Assembly (NCBI RefSeq): GCF_963921235.1
Contig: NC_086097.1
Coordinates: forward strand, 75,704,001-75,764,000
Length of the DNA: 60,000 nt
Reading direction: 5' to 3'
DNA from: Mobula hypostoma
Taxonomy: Eukaryota
The position numbers were made by a program, and so were the translations under genes. How positions within the stretch are numbered: position 1 is the first letter of the stretch; every line of letters begins with the position of its first letter. This document shows positions 1 to 12,515 of this stretch, piece by piece. The notes below the pieces were generated by a model that was not told the origin of the DNA, ran no database searches, and saw only the letters and a list, made by a program, of their open reading frames with translations.

Positions 1-2466
1 TCACCAGCGGCTGATTATAAACAAGATCTCGCTAAACTGCACGATCTTGCCCATCCTGATGCATTTCAAATTAATTAGCCAGGTCTATTTGAAGAAAACT
101 TTGCTCAGATATCACCAGCATGTAACCTGTTGCACCAGAGGTCCCAATACACCAGACCACTGCTACACTACGATACAGAATGCCAATTGTTCCTTTCTGA
201 GACTGTATTTTGGCAAGTGGAATCACTTGGCTTTACTCCTACTACCTGCATATAGATAGAGCCTAAAGAGCAAGGCTCCAGAGATCAAAACAAACAAGCA
301 GATGTTATGGGAGGCAGAGGAGTGGTTACAGGTTGCCTTGAGTCAGAACTCATCTCAGGACCTGAATGACTGCACCCAGGTCATAACAGACTTTATTAAA
401 AACAGCTGTGGATGAGTTTGTCCCCACAAAATCATTCAAGGCTTTCCCCAATCAGATGCCCTGGATAAATCATGAAATCAAAAATTTGCTGAAAGCCAGA
501 TCAGAGGTATTCAAGTCTGGAGATCAAGAATGCTACAAGAGGTGCAGGTATGATCTCTGGATAGTCATCTCTTGGGTGAAGTGGAGATTCCAGACGAGAC
601 TGGAATCAATGAGGGATGCTCAACAGCTGTGACAGAGTTTGAATGACTTAACCTCCTACAAAGTTAAATCCTGCAACAAAATGGTCAGCAGAACTTTGCT
701 TCCAGATGAGTTCAATGCCTTCTATACTTGCTTTGACTACCAGTACAGGGAGGAATCTTCGCGCATTCCCATGTCTCCCATTGATCCTTTGGTCTCAGCA
801 TCTGAAGATGGCGGGCTACCTTCAAGAGAGTGAATTCAAGGAAAGCATCCGGGCCAGATAGATTACATGGCCAAGTACTGAAGACCTGTGCTGACTAACT
901 GGCTGGTGTGTTCACAGATATCTTCAACCTTTCGCTCTAGCAGTGTGTGGTACTCACCTGCTTCAAGCAGGCTTCAGTCATGCTGGTACCAAAGAGTGTG
1001 GTAACCTGTCTCAATGACTACTGCCCAGTGACACTTGCATCCACAGTGATGAAGTGTTTTGAGAGGCTGCTGTTGAAGCATATCAGTTTCTGTCTGAGTG
1101 GCAACTTGGATCTGCTCCAATTTGCCTAGTGATGTAACATGTCTATATCAGATGCCATCTTATTGGCTCTTCACAGAACCCTGAAATATTTGGACAGCAA
1201 AGATGCATTAATCAGGATGCTCTTTATAGATTACAGCTCAGCATTTAATACCATCATCCCCTCAAAACTAATCAGTAAACTGCCAAGACCTGAGCCTCAA
1301 TACCCATTTATGCAATTGGATTCTGGAATTTCTCACTTGCAGACTCCAGTCAGTTCCGATTGTCAAAAACGTCTCCACAATCTGCATGAGCACAAGAGCA
1401 CCACAAGGATGTGTGCTTAGCCCCCTGCTCTACTCAGTTTATACATATGCTTGTGTGGCTAACTGCAGCTCCCAACACCATATACAAGTGTGCTGATAGC
1501 ACCACTGCTGTGGGCTGTGTCACAGGTGGTGATGAATCAGCGTACAGGAGGGAGATTGATTGAGAATTTGGCTGAGTGGTGTAATAACAACAACCTCTCA
1601 CTCAATGTCAATAAGACTAAAGAACTGATTGTAGACTTCAGGGGAAGGAAGCCAAAAGTCCATGAACCAGTACTCATCGGAGGATCAGAGGAGGAGAGGG
1701 TCAGTAAGACTAAATTCCTGCATGTCACTACTTCAGCGGACCTGTCCTGAACCCATCATATAAATATAATTGCAAAGAAAGCTCAACAGCACCTCTACTT
1801 CCTCAGGAGTCTGCAGAGTATTAGCATGTCACCAAAAGCTTTGGCAAACTTCTATAGATGTGTGGTGGAAAGTGTGCTGACTGGATGTATTATGGCCTGG
1901 TATGGGAACATCAATGCCTTTGAGCAGAAAATCCTACAAAAGGTAGTGAATTTGGCTCAGTACATCACAGGTAAAGCCCTCCCAACCGTTGAGTGCATCT
2001 ACATGAAACACTGTCGTCGGAAAACAGCATCCATCATCAAAAATTCTCACCGCCCAGGCCATGCTCTTTTCTCACTGCTGCTATCAGGTAGATGGTACAA
2101 GTGCCTCAGGACTCGCACCACCAAGTTCAAGAACTGTTACATACCCTCAACCATCAGGTTCTTGAACAACAGGGGTAACTACACTCACTTGCCCAACCAA
2201 GGGGATAACGGCACTCATTCTGTTTCTGGTGTTCCCACAATTGATGGTCTCACTTTTAAGGACTCTTAATCTTGTTATTTCACGCTCTCGTTATTTATTG
2301 CTATTTATTTATATTTGCATTTGCACAGTTTGTTGTTCATTGATCCTGTTTACCGTTACTGCCCTATAGAATTGCTAAGTATGCCTGCAGGAAAAAGAAT
2401 CTCAGGGTTGTATGTGGTGACATGTATGTACTCTAACAAATTTTGCTTTGAACTTCGACCTTTGAA
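1..2466 (+). mobile_element. Rex1/Babar-type LINE, decayed (APE end, RT, C-terminus, 3' UTR); runs off the window start
   Basis: Frameshifted fragments [77 protein letters not shown] and HPGH-like/LLSGRWY; ends in a (CTTTGAA)-like tail. Confidence 0.88.
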
Positions 2467-2745
2467 CATCAGTGTTTAGAATAATTGTGTCAGAGATGTT
2501 GCTGACTAACTTTACTGATTGGGGTGTATTGGTCAGGAAGTCAATGGCCCAGTTGCAGAGGGAGATATTGACTCCCAGGCTCTGGAGTTTGGTGATGAGT
2601 TTGCTTAGGGTTATAGTATTGAAGTCAAAATACCAGTATTTTGAGTGATTTCCAACTGTAGTCAATTGGTGTCTTTACCGTCCAGATGCTCTAGTATAGG
2701 GTCAGGACCTGTTTCACCATTGACAAATTGAATTTGGTGCAGAAT
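2467..2745 (-). mobile_element. Rex1/Babar RT fragment
   Basis: Minus-strand LEHLDGKDT...FDFNTITLSKLITKLQSLG...LCNWAIDFLTNTPQSV. Confidence 0.7.
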
Positions 2746-3484
2746 ATCAGGAGTAAATGTTGTCTGCTATCTCTCATCACCTTTTATTGTATTAAGACAA
2801 ATGGTCACTATTGAAGAGCTGGTCTTCACTAATTAGTTAATTCCATAAAATTCAGCAACACCCTCATGTTTTCTAAAGAATCGTTAGAGTAGACTGTTCC
2901 AGTATAATCCACTGTTATTATCCTTTTGTGAATGTCTTTGGCACTGCGTCGTTTGTCATTATCATTTCCTGTAGGCTGTTTCAGGAACCAGATTTTTTTT
3001 TAGCATTTCTATTTTTACTTTTCATTGTATATAATAAACATGCTGTGACAGTAATGATAATTCTAAGAAGTTGTATCTTCTGATGTCCATAAACAATATG
3101 AACCATTTTCTAGTTTATCAAAGCTACAACTTTCATTTGCTTTTGATTCTGAGCAAGGAAATCTGAGCTGCTGGTGCATTAGACAGTGCTTTTATCAAGT
3201 GAAGCTGAGAAAATAATCCAAACATATATCTAATGGGGAACTCATAAATCTTCACTGTTAGTCAAATGAGTGTGCAATTGTCTTATGGCTAGGGTATAAC
3301 TGGAGGGGTGAATTTAAATCTGCTCTGGTGAATTGGGGATGTGAATGCAATAACTTTTGAAGCAGAAGTAGAGAATTACAGTAAATTCAGACCATTATCT
3401 AAAAAAAATCCAGCAACCTTACTTATGGGAACCCAGCACCCTCAATTAGATTACCATTTGTGATATTATGTGGTTGGCTCTTAA

Positions 3485-4216
3485 AGGCTGATTTATACTT
3501 GTGCGTCGAATGTATGCTGTAGGTACGGCATAGCAGCGCACCCTATGCTGTACTCTACGCAAACCCTACGCCATAGCCTAACGCGCACCTGTCCCAAAAT
3601 GTAACTACGCGTTGCGGCGACGTAGACAGAAACAACTGTGATTGGTCCTCTTGGTAGCATTGTATTTCCTCCTACGCTGCAATAGTTTCCCATTGGGCAA
3701 CTGAAGGGCAGGGAAGGAACTCCGGCTGCAATGTTTTCCATAAATCTTTACGGACCTCTGAAATGTTAGAGGACCCTGTGCTTGATGCCAGTTTGTAGCG
3801 AGCTGCTATAGTTTGTTGACTTGCACCTGAAGCTAAAACTCAAATGGTGATTGCCAGTCTCTGAGTATACTGTGCGTACACTGATGCAAAATAAATGGTT
3901 AGAGACGATGAACCAAATTGTCAAATCTATCTGTTGACATCCGAAAATACTTGAAATGCATTTCCTCGTCCATGTCTCTCAGTGGCCGGACAAGCACAGA
4001 AAATTCACCCTCCTTCAGTTTCAGTCACCATTGTTTGAGTTTCAACACAAAGAAACTCAACACAGTGGCATAGAAACCCCACCGCCAACTAGCGTTTTGG
4101 CAGTTAATTGCAGCACGACGCAGACACACCAACGCATAAGTATAAATGCTCACAACAATGTAGCCCACTTGCGTAGGCTACGGTGCAAGCTAGTACACAC
4201 AAGTATAAATCAGCCT
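3485..4216. mobile_element. Non-autonomous PIF/Harbinger-type DNA transposon (732 bp)
   Basis: Perfect TIR aggctgatttatacttgtg / cacaagtataaatcagcct; TAA TSD at 3482-3484 and 4217-4219; CpG-rich interior; no transposase. Confidence 0.85.
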
Positions 4217-4869
4217 TAAGTCTTTTGACATCTAAGAACTATTATAGCATTGTTTATACTGCTGAAAGAGTTATGCACTTATGAAAAGTTAAATTCTTGC
4301 TTCATCGTGATGCTGAAAAGTATGTGAAGTCTGTTAAGTGGAAGATTGAAGAGAATTGTCAAATCATAACTCCAGAATTCCAAACTTAGCTTGGTCCAAA
4401 ATGAAGGTTGAATAGTCAGGGCAGGAAATGACATTTAGACAAAATTTATTTTTATGCAGAGGTAATGACGGTAAAACTAATTTCAGTACTTTGGCTTTAC
4501 CTTTTGATACGTGAACGTCATGATAGGATTTGTCACCAAAGGAATCTTTTTGAACTTTGACTGAATTCAGAAAGGGCCTCTGTGAATGAGCTTTTTATAC
4601 CAGTATTTTGAGTGATTTCCAAGTTTTGCTGCTATGTTGTGAATGACTGAAATTGAAGCCAGCAGCTCAGAGGAACATCTGGTGTTAAACAGCTCATAAT
4701 CATGTTCACGGAAGAGATGTTTTACCATACCTTAGAATCTTATGAGAAACCTTTAAAGAATATTTCTTCAAAGTTTATTTTTAAATTCTACATCTCGACT
4801 ATTCTGAGTCATTACAATTACAACTAAGATTCAATGTAGAAACAAAATAATGTTGAAATTGAACATAAA

Positions 4870-5132
4870 AGCATCAGCACCCAGGGCGTGACCTTTTCTC
4901 ACTGTTACCATCAGGTAGGAGGTACAGAAGCCTGAAGGCACACACTCAACGATTCAGGAACAGCTTCTTCCCCTCTGCCATCCGATTCCTAAATGGACAT
5001 TGAATGTTTTATTTTATTTATTTTTTTTCTCTCTGTTAGATTATGTACTGTATTGCATTGAACTGCTGCTGCTAAGTTAACAAATTTCATGTCACATGCC
5101 AGTGATAATAAACCTGATTCTGATTCTGATTC
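4870..5132 (+). mobile_element. Rex1/Babar 3' end fragment
   Basis: Encodes LFSLLPSGRRYRSLKAHTQRFRNSFFPSAIRFLN, then AATAAA and a (TCTGAT)n tail. Confidence 0.8.
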
Positions 5133-5134
5133 AG

Positions 5135-6110
5135 TCACAATATGCTGGAGGAACTCAGCAGGTCAGATGGTATCTGTGGAGGAAAATAGTCAATGTTTCA
5201 TATCAGGACCCTTTGTCAGAACTCAAAAGGTATGGGGCAATACCCAGAATAAGAAGGCAGTGGTGGGTGAAGGTTGCATGCTAACTGGTAATAGGTGATG
5301 GGGACCAGTTGACCAGGTTGACTGGGTGGAGAGGGGTGGGGGTGGGGGAAAGATGTGAGAAGCTGGAAGTTGATAGTTGGAAAAGGTAAATGGCTGAAGG
5401 AGGAGAGAGCAGTGGTCCATGGAATAAAGGAAAGGAGGTGGGAAACTAGAGGAAGGTGATGTGGTCATGAGGACAGGGAAGAGGAGTGAGGCCACCAGAA
5501 TGGGGTGGGGCGGGGTTTGGAAATAGATGGTAGTGTTACTAGAAGTTAGAAAAATTGTCATGCCATGATGTTAGAGATACCTAGAAGGAATGTGCAGTGT
5601 GACTTCTCCAACCCATGTTTGGTCTCATCATGACCATGAACAGACATAACAGTATGAGAATGAGTATGCCCACAGGTAAAGAACCCCAGGGTTGAATGTG
5701 GTGACATGTATGTACTCTGACAATAGAATCTATTTTGAACTTTGAAAGTGAATTGAAATGGGTTGCTGCAGAGAATTCAAAGCTTGATGAAGTGAACCCC
5801 CGATAGTTTTAGGTCTTACTGATGTAGCGGAGGTTGCACTGGGAGCTCCAGATACAATAATTGACCCCATAGACTAGCAGGTGAAGTGCTGCCTCACCTG
5901 GAAGGGCTGTTTAGGACCAAGAATGGGTGTGACTGAGGGAGTGTAGATACAGTTGTCTTGGTCGCAGGGATAAATGCCAAGAGGGGATCTGCACTGAGAA
6001 CCAAGTGGATAATGGAGTCACATAGAGAGTGAGGGGTGGGGGGGGGTGCGGATAGTAGTAAATAGGGAAAGATGGACCTGGTTGGAGTATCCTATTGGAG
6101 GTGGCAGAAA
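5135..6110 (-). mobile_element. Decayed Penelope-like element, 3' part with pseudo-LTR; contains a short Rex1 3' UTR insert at about 5664-5746
   Basis: tgctggaggaactcagcaggtcag terminus, purine-rich tract and GIY-YIG-region homology (caggtgaagtgctgcctcacctggaaggg). The insert matches 2380-2455. Confidence 0.7.
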
Positions 6111-6114
6111 TTGC

Positions 6115-6552
6115 TCCTGCTCCTGCCCCACTGAACTAGCGTTCACATATCTCAAGTCCATTTTGTCCTTCATGATTCAGTCCCTTCCTGCCTACATCTG
6201 TGGCATTTTCACTATAGGCATCCAGTCCCTGTATAGTTCCATCCCCCATCAGGAAGGCCTTGAGTCTCTATGCTTTCTGGACAACATGCCTAACCAGTTC
6301 CCCTCTACCACCACCCTCCTCCTTCTGGTGGAACTGATACTTATCCTCAACGATTTCTCTATCAGCTCTTCCAACTTTCTCCAAACCAAAGGTGTAGACA
6401 TGGGTGTTTACTTGGCTCTAACGCTTCCCAAATCTTTTTCACTACATTGATGACTGCATTGGTGCTGCTTCCTGCAGCCGTACTGGACTTAATCGATTTC
6501 ATCAGCTTTCACCCTGCCCTCAAATTTACTTTGTCCATCTCTGACACCTCTG
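6115..6552 (+). mobile_element. Decayed Penelope-like RT fragment
   Basis: IQSLYSSIPHQEGL...NQFPSTTTLLLLVELIL...FLQTKGVDMG...FHPALKFT. Confidence 0.8.
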
Positions 6553-6811
6553 AAATGTTTGTTGAAGTGTATCTTGGGATGCTTTGTTTGATTATGTGTC
6601 TCTGCGAGTGTGATGTGCCAAGTCTTCACTAATCTTGGACCTCTTTGCTGTTGGGTCACTACCTCATTTGGCCAAAACTCTATGCTCTGTCGTTAAACAG
6701 AAGCAACACATAGAATAGATCTTTCACCCCTCAATATTGTGTTTAATTAATTAAATTAGTAATCAAATGCCCAACTAAATTAATCTCTTCTACCTGCAAG
6801 ATGTCTATAGC

Positions 6812-7005
6812 TTTTGGTGCGTGGAATGCACTGCCTGAGTCGGTGGTGGAGGCAGATAAACTAGTGAAGTTTAAGAGACTACTGGACAGGTATATGGAGG
6901 AATTTAAGGTGGGGGGGTTATATGGGAGGCAGGGTTTAAGGGTCGGCACAACATTGTGGGCTGAAGGACCTGTACTGTGCTGTACTGTTCTATATTCTGT
7001 GTTCT
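6812..7005 (+). mobile_element. CR1 LINE 3' end
   Basis: GAWNALPESVVEA..L..FKRLLDRYM C-terminus plus the CR1-type 3' UTR gggctgaaggacctgtactgtgctg. Confidence 0.8.
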
Positions 7006-7009
7006 ATTT

Positions 7010-7770
7010 GCTGCACCTTCATGTGCCTACTAAACAGTCTCCTGAACACCTCAATCCTATTTACCTCTACCACCACCTCAGGCACCCACCATTCTCTGTA
7101 TTTAAAAAAAAGTTGCCCGTGCATCTTTGAATTTACCCCTCTCACCTTAAATGCACGCTTTCTTGTATTAGAAATTTCAGCCCTAGGAAAAAGATATTCC
7201 CTGTCTACTATATCGATGCTTCTCATAATCTAATCATAATCTGATCTCGCCTCAGCCCCGGCCACTCCAGAGAAAACAATCCATGTTTATCCTTATAACA
7301 TGCCCTCTAATGCAGGCAGCATCCTGGTAAACTTCTTCTGCATCCTCTCCAAAGTATCCTGATGGGCTGACCATAACTGAACACAATGTTGTAGATGGAG
7401 CCTAACTTGAGTTTCCAAAAGCTGCAACATAACTTCCCTGCTCTTGAACTCAAAAGGCAAGCATGCCATATGTACCTTTATGAACTATGTAACCAGTAAG
7501 CTAAGGACTTGGACCCTAAGGTCCTCCTGCACATCACCATTGTTAAGGGTCTTGCCATTAACAATGAGTGTGCTGTTGCTTTACATTTGATCTCCCAAAG
7601 TGAAATACTTCACATATTAAACTCCATCTACCATTTCTCCACCCATATCTGAAATTGATCTATATTCTGCTGTATCCCTTGGCACTCTCCTACGCTATTC
7701 ACAGAAGCACCTATCTTCATATAATTTGCAAACTTATTAACCTACCTGATCTGTGCTTTCATCCACATGC
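7010..7770 (-). mobile_element. Decayed CR1 ORF2 3' portion
   Basis: Minus-strand MRSIDIVDREYLFPRAEISNTR...FKVRG; homologous to 34700-35450. Confidence 0.7.
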
Positions 7771-8454
7771 TAAATAATTTATAACCGGTATCTGGCATTT
7801 GTTCAGAACTCAAAAGGAAGCTAGAAGTCCTCAGTCCTAAGGAGCTATTTAAGAAGACACAATACTCAGATTTTCATACTTTGTACAGTTCCAGAATGAA
7901 CTCCCCGTGATGGCTATTGAATCATTCTGTATTCTACTTTATCCACTTCAGCTCCATGCCTTCGTGCAGAAAATCCAATGTTCATGTGTGTTTAGTACCT
8001 ATTCTTTATCATGTATTTCCTCGCCTTATTGGACCCTCAAAACAAAAGTCTCACCTGCCCTCCGCCACACCCCCCCACCTCAAAATCATGGGATGGTACT
8101 TTATGCTCTTCTGTTGAAGGTGGTCATTGTCTACTGCTTGTGTGGCACAAATCTTAGTTCTCACTCAACCTAAACCTGGATTTTAATTCGTGATTTTTGA
8201 CAAGTGGACATGAATCACTTCTTTCATTTTTAAAATGAAATCCATTTTTAAGCATAAGATTTGAGATGGATAAAGGTTAGAAGAAATGTAGATTACTACT
8301 AAAGTAGCAGGCAAGACATAATCTACAGGTCCAGATTTAAGGAACTTTTCACTTCTATTGGCATTTAGTTGGAGCTGTTTGGTTATATTGGAAATTCAAC
8401 TTTGGAGATCTTAATTTGTACTAGCAAGAGTCCAAATTGACACTTCAAAGTGAG

Positions 8455-9213
8455 CAACAGGAATTCTGCAGATGCTGGAAATTCAAGCAACATACATCAA
8501 AGTTGCTGGTGAACGCAGCAGGCCAAGCAGCATCTATAGGAAGAGGTGCAGTCGACGTTTCAGGCCGAGACCCTTTGTCAGGACTAACTGAAGGAAGAGT
8601 GAGTAAGGGATTTGAAAGTTGGAGGGGGAGGGGGAGGGGGAGATCCAAAATGATAGGAGAAGACAGGAGGGGGAGGAATAGAGCCGAGAGCTGGACAGGT
8701 GATAGGCAAAAGGGGATACGAGAGGATCATGGGACAGGAGGTCCGGGAAGAAAGACAAGGAGGGGGGGGGTTGACCCAGAGGATGGGCAAGAGGTATATT
8801 CAGAGGGACAGAGAGAGAAAAAGGAGATGGGCCCCATCTGTTACTCATTTTTATGCACACATTCTTTCACACATTCTTTCTCTCACTCTCCTTTTTCTCC
8901 CTCTGTCCCTCTGAATATACCTCTTGCCCATCCTCTGGGTCCCCACCTCTTGTCTTTCTTCCCGGACCTCCTGTCCCATGATCCTCTCGTATCCCCTTTG
9001 GCCTATCACCTGTCCAGCTCTCGGCTCTATCCCTGCCCCTCTTGTCTTCTCCTATCATTTTGGATCTCCCCCTCCCCCTCCAACTTTCAAATCCCTTACT
9101 CACTCTTCCTTCAGTTAGTCCTGACGAAGGGTCTCGGCCTGAAACGTCGACTGCACCTCTTCCTATAGATGCTGCTTGGCCTGCTGCGTTCACCAGCAAC
9201 TTTGATGTATGTT
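8455..9213. mobile_element. Palindromic Penelope-like pseudo-LTR insertion (two inverted arms of about 330 bp)
   Basis: 8489-8827 is the reverse complement of about 8885-9213; 13-bp TSD acttcaaagtgag at 8442-8454 and 9214-9226. Confidence 0.92.
9117..9152 (+). ncRNA. Minimal type I hammerhead ribozyme motif (PLE-borne), intact core
   Basis: agtc-CTGACGA-agg gtctcgg cct-GAAA-cg-TC-gact: stem I agtc/gact, CUGANGA, stem II agg/cct, GAAA, vestigial palindromic stem III (ACGT), GUC cleavage triplet. Confidence 0.75.
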
Positions 9214-10734
9214 ACTTCAAAGTGAGTTTTGTTTTATGTTGTAATTAGTCAGACTTTTAATAGTGATGTATAACAAATTGAATTAGTTTCAAAGATATCT
9301 TGGGCATGATTATAACTGAACCAGGAATGTTGTGCAATGAAAATAGAATCCAAAGGGAGAGAAGGAGATATTTCATATTTGTGCCATGTAATAACATTGA
9401 TTAGAAGCAAAAAATGCTAAAATGTTCAAAATATCACTATTACATGGAACCATCCAGCAGAGGAAAACACCCTTCAATCCATATCTTTGCTGACCATGAT
9501 GCCAATTTAATCTACACATCTGCCTGCAGGGGATCAATATCCTGACATTCTAAACATCAATATGCCTCTTCAGTGCTGCTATTGAAACTGCTTCACCATT
9601 TCCCTTGTTGTGCTTTCCAAGCACCCACTGCTCTGTGTGTGTGTGTGTACTGTTGAAGAAATTATAGTGCATGTAAACTGCTTACAATAATAGATTATAT
9701 AAACAATACTATAATATTTGGAAGTAAAGATAATCTTTTCATTTGTTTAAAAATTGTAAATTTTTCAAGTTAATTAGTTTGCTAAACGAAATCCTGAAGA
9801 TGCAAACCTCTGCTCATTTTTTTGTTATTTCAGTAAAAGTATTGCTACTAGAAGCAAAGTTTAAATGAAACACAATCATAGCTCTATTTACCATTGGGTT
9901 CTCAATTACAGACCATGATTGATGACCCAAAAGACTGCAGATGCTGGGATCTGGAGCAACACAAGATACTGGAGGACTCAAAGTACTTTAATCACCTTTC
10001 GGTTTCGGGAATTAGCAAAAAACAAAGTGATTGCAGTTACCTTGAAACTTAAGAATAATGTTGCTTCATAAGAATTTGGGCAAAATGGTATTTAATGCCA
10101 TATTTGTTTACATTTAACAATTTTAATCTTTCTTTTGTTTTTGAGATTCTAGTTCCAATAATTACTGGGGAATTTTAATTTATAGGGTCCAGATACCCAT
10201 ATACCTGGCTTGTTAAGGTGCAGGTAGCATCTATAGTAGTGGTTTGTGTTATTTGCAGTTTGAAAACAATGAGAGCTACGGATGATTATCTTTTTTGTCA
10301 CACAACCTCTGCCCCATTCCCACTCCATGTTACAGCACCACCACACCCTGGGCTTAATGCATAAATTTTGTTTTAGACTGAGACATCTCATTGCATTGGT
10401 TTTATTTGTGATCTCCTAATGTGCTCATATGCAGCAATCAGTGGTGTGCTTGAAAGAAACTGAAATAAAAGTTCAGAGCAGGAAATGAATCACAAGGTTT
10501 TCTCAATGGCTGAATTTGAGAAATAATGTTCACTTTAGCATGAGAGATTTGAATTAGGGAACAGTGATATTTAACCACCCCATCAGCAGTTTAGGTGCAA
10601 ACAGTCCTTTTCCAATCAAAAATCTGATTTTCTTTTTTGTAATTTTTCCTTGTTCATCTAAGTGGATAAAGGAAGATGGGACTTTGTCTTAATACCTTGA
10701 GAGAAATAAGGAAGGGGTGAAGATAATAAAAGGT

Positions 10735-10885
10735 AATATTTCCCAGGGCAGAAATGGCTTATACCAGGGGCATAATTTTAAGGTGATTGGGGGAAAATAT
10801 AGGAATGATGTCAGAGGTAAGGTTTTTACACAGAGTGGTGAGTGCTTTGAATGCTCTGCCAGGGGTGATGGTAGAGGCAGAATGA
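10735..10885 (+). mobile_element. CR1 3' fragment
   Basis: GHNFKVIGGKYRNDVRGKVFTQ motif. Confidence 0.7.
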
Positions 10886-11109
10886 AGGCCATGGTGGAAC
10901 CATTTGCCTTTCTGGAAGAACATACAATGCAACTTTATTCTTTTGAGTTGATTATCTCCTGTAGCTTTTGGTTGTTTGCCCATCACTTTAAATTAATGGT
11001 TCTTGATCTATCACTCAGGGTGGTGGTAACAATGTCAACATTCCTGAGCTATAATCACAGAGCAACTGTCAGATTTCTTACTGCTGGGTTGTCCATAAGG
11101 GTTCTAATG

Positions 11110-11400
11110 TTCAAGTGTTCAAAGTAAATTTATTATCAAAGTGTATATATGTCACCATTACAACCCTGAGATGTATTTTCTTACTGGCATGCTCAATAAA
11201 TCCGTAATAGAATAATAGCTATAATAGAATCAATGAAAGACCGCACAAACTTGGCCGTTCAACCAGTGTGCAAAAGACAACAAACTCTGCAAATATAAAA
11301 GGAAAGAAATAATAAATAAATAAACAAACAAACAAACAAGCAAGCAATAAATATCAAGAACATGATATAACTGTTGAACTTCATATTGAGTTGAATGTGC
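11110..11400 (-). mobile_element. Rex1/Babar 3' UTR fragment
   Basis: Reverse complement resembles 2280-2466 (ctcagggttgta..ggtgacat.tat..actttga, tttgaac tail). Confidence 0.65.
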
Positions 11401-11924
11401 TTGTGAATGTTGTCTTTTAATGTGGGATAGCAATTGCATACTAGCCACAGCACTAACTTAATAGGTTGAAGTCTGATCTAGTAGCAGGCAAGTACAAGGT
11501 TATGCTCTGCTGTGGAGTGAGATGGTGTCTGGGTAACAATTGTACAGGTGTAATGTAGCTGAACCTGGCCTTCGACCTGCTTGATGTTCATTAGTATTTT
11601 CAAACAAGCACTAGTAACCAGTTAAGATTAGAAATGTTAACTGAATATATGTTATGATAGGAAAGGGCTAAACTGTTGAAATTCAGTTGTATAAAGGATT
11701 TGACAACAGGGTGACCCATTGGGGCACCCTTTGAGAGAAGGGTAGTGCAGTCTGATGTGACCAGAATGAACATTAAATTTTCCTGAATGCTATTGGTATT
11801 GCTTTGCTTTAGAAACTGAAGTAGTAAACCTCAGTTTATTAAAGAAGAATGACATAGCAAAGCAAATATAGCTCCTCCTCGTTTAACAAAGGACACTTTT
11901 GATGGCATCATTTCTGGCTTATCT

Positions 11925-12261
11925 GCCATCCAGGACATCTCAAATGTCCTCCTTCTTTAAGGATCATGGTTTCCCTTCTGCCGTCGTCAATGATGCCCTC
12001 ACCCGCACCTCCTCCATTTCCCGCACTTCGGCCCTCACCCCATCATCCTGTCACCACAACAGGGACAGAGTTCCCCTTGTCCTCACCTACCACCCCACCG
12101 GCCTCCTGATCCAGCACATTATCCTCCGCAATTTCCGCCACCTTCAACAGGACCCCACCACTAAACACATCTTTCCCTCTCCAGCCCTCTCTGCTTTCCG
12201 CAGGGATCATTCCCTTTGCGACTCCCTGGCCCACACATCTCCCACCCGGCACTTATCCCTG
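11925..12261 (+). mobile_element. Penelope-like element internal fragment (post-RT linker)
   Basis: RTSQMSSFFKDHGFP...RVPLVLTYHP...LSAFRRD; highly similar to 40205-40550. Confidence 0.85.
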
Positions 12262-12515
12262 CGCATGCGTCGGGCTGTCGCATCCCGATTTCCATGATGG
12301 CCGATCGGGTCTCGTGTTAAAAGGGAACCTGTTTATTTTGGCAAATGAGCAATTTTATACAAATATATAACCCTGAACTTTGCCTGCATTCTGTAAGTTA
12401 GTGTATTTTAGTTCGATTTAGCCAAAAAAAGTGCCGCTGTGATGCACCGTTTGTGCTAATTGGAGGTCACAAAATGACAAACAGACAGAGCATGAGAGTT
12501 TTAGTAGTATATAGA
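12262..12515 (-). mobile_element. Possible 5' end of a non-autonomous Helitron
   Basis: Minus strand reads A|TCTATATATACTACTAAAA...CTCTGTCTGTTTGTC, resembling Helitron 5' ends (TC start after A, TCTG repeat). No CTAG 3' end was found adjacent. Confidence 0.4.

Noticed and set aside
8437..9248. 243-aa ORF and several overlapping ORFs
   Set aside because: By-products of the purine/pyrimidine-skewed PLE palindrome; no domain motifs or splice context
9635..9648. (TG)n and other short tandem repeats (34481-34500, 49947-49971, 51290-51308)
   Set aside because: Ordinary slippage repeats or TE-internal microsatellites
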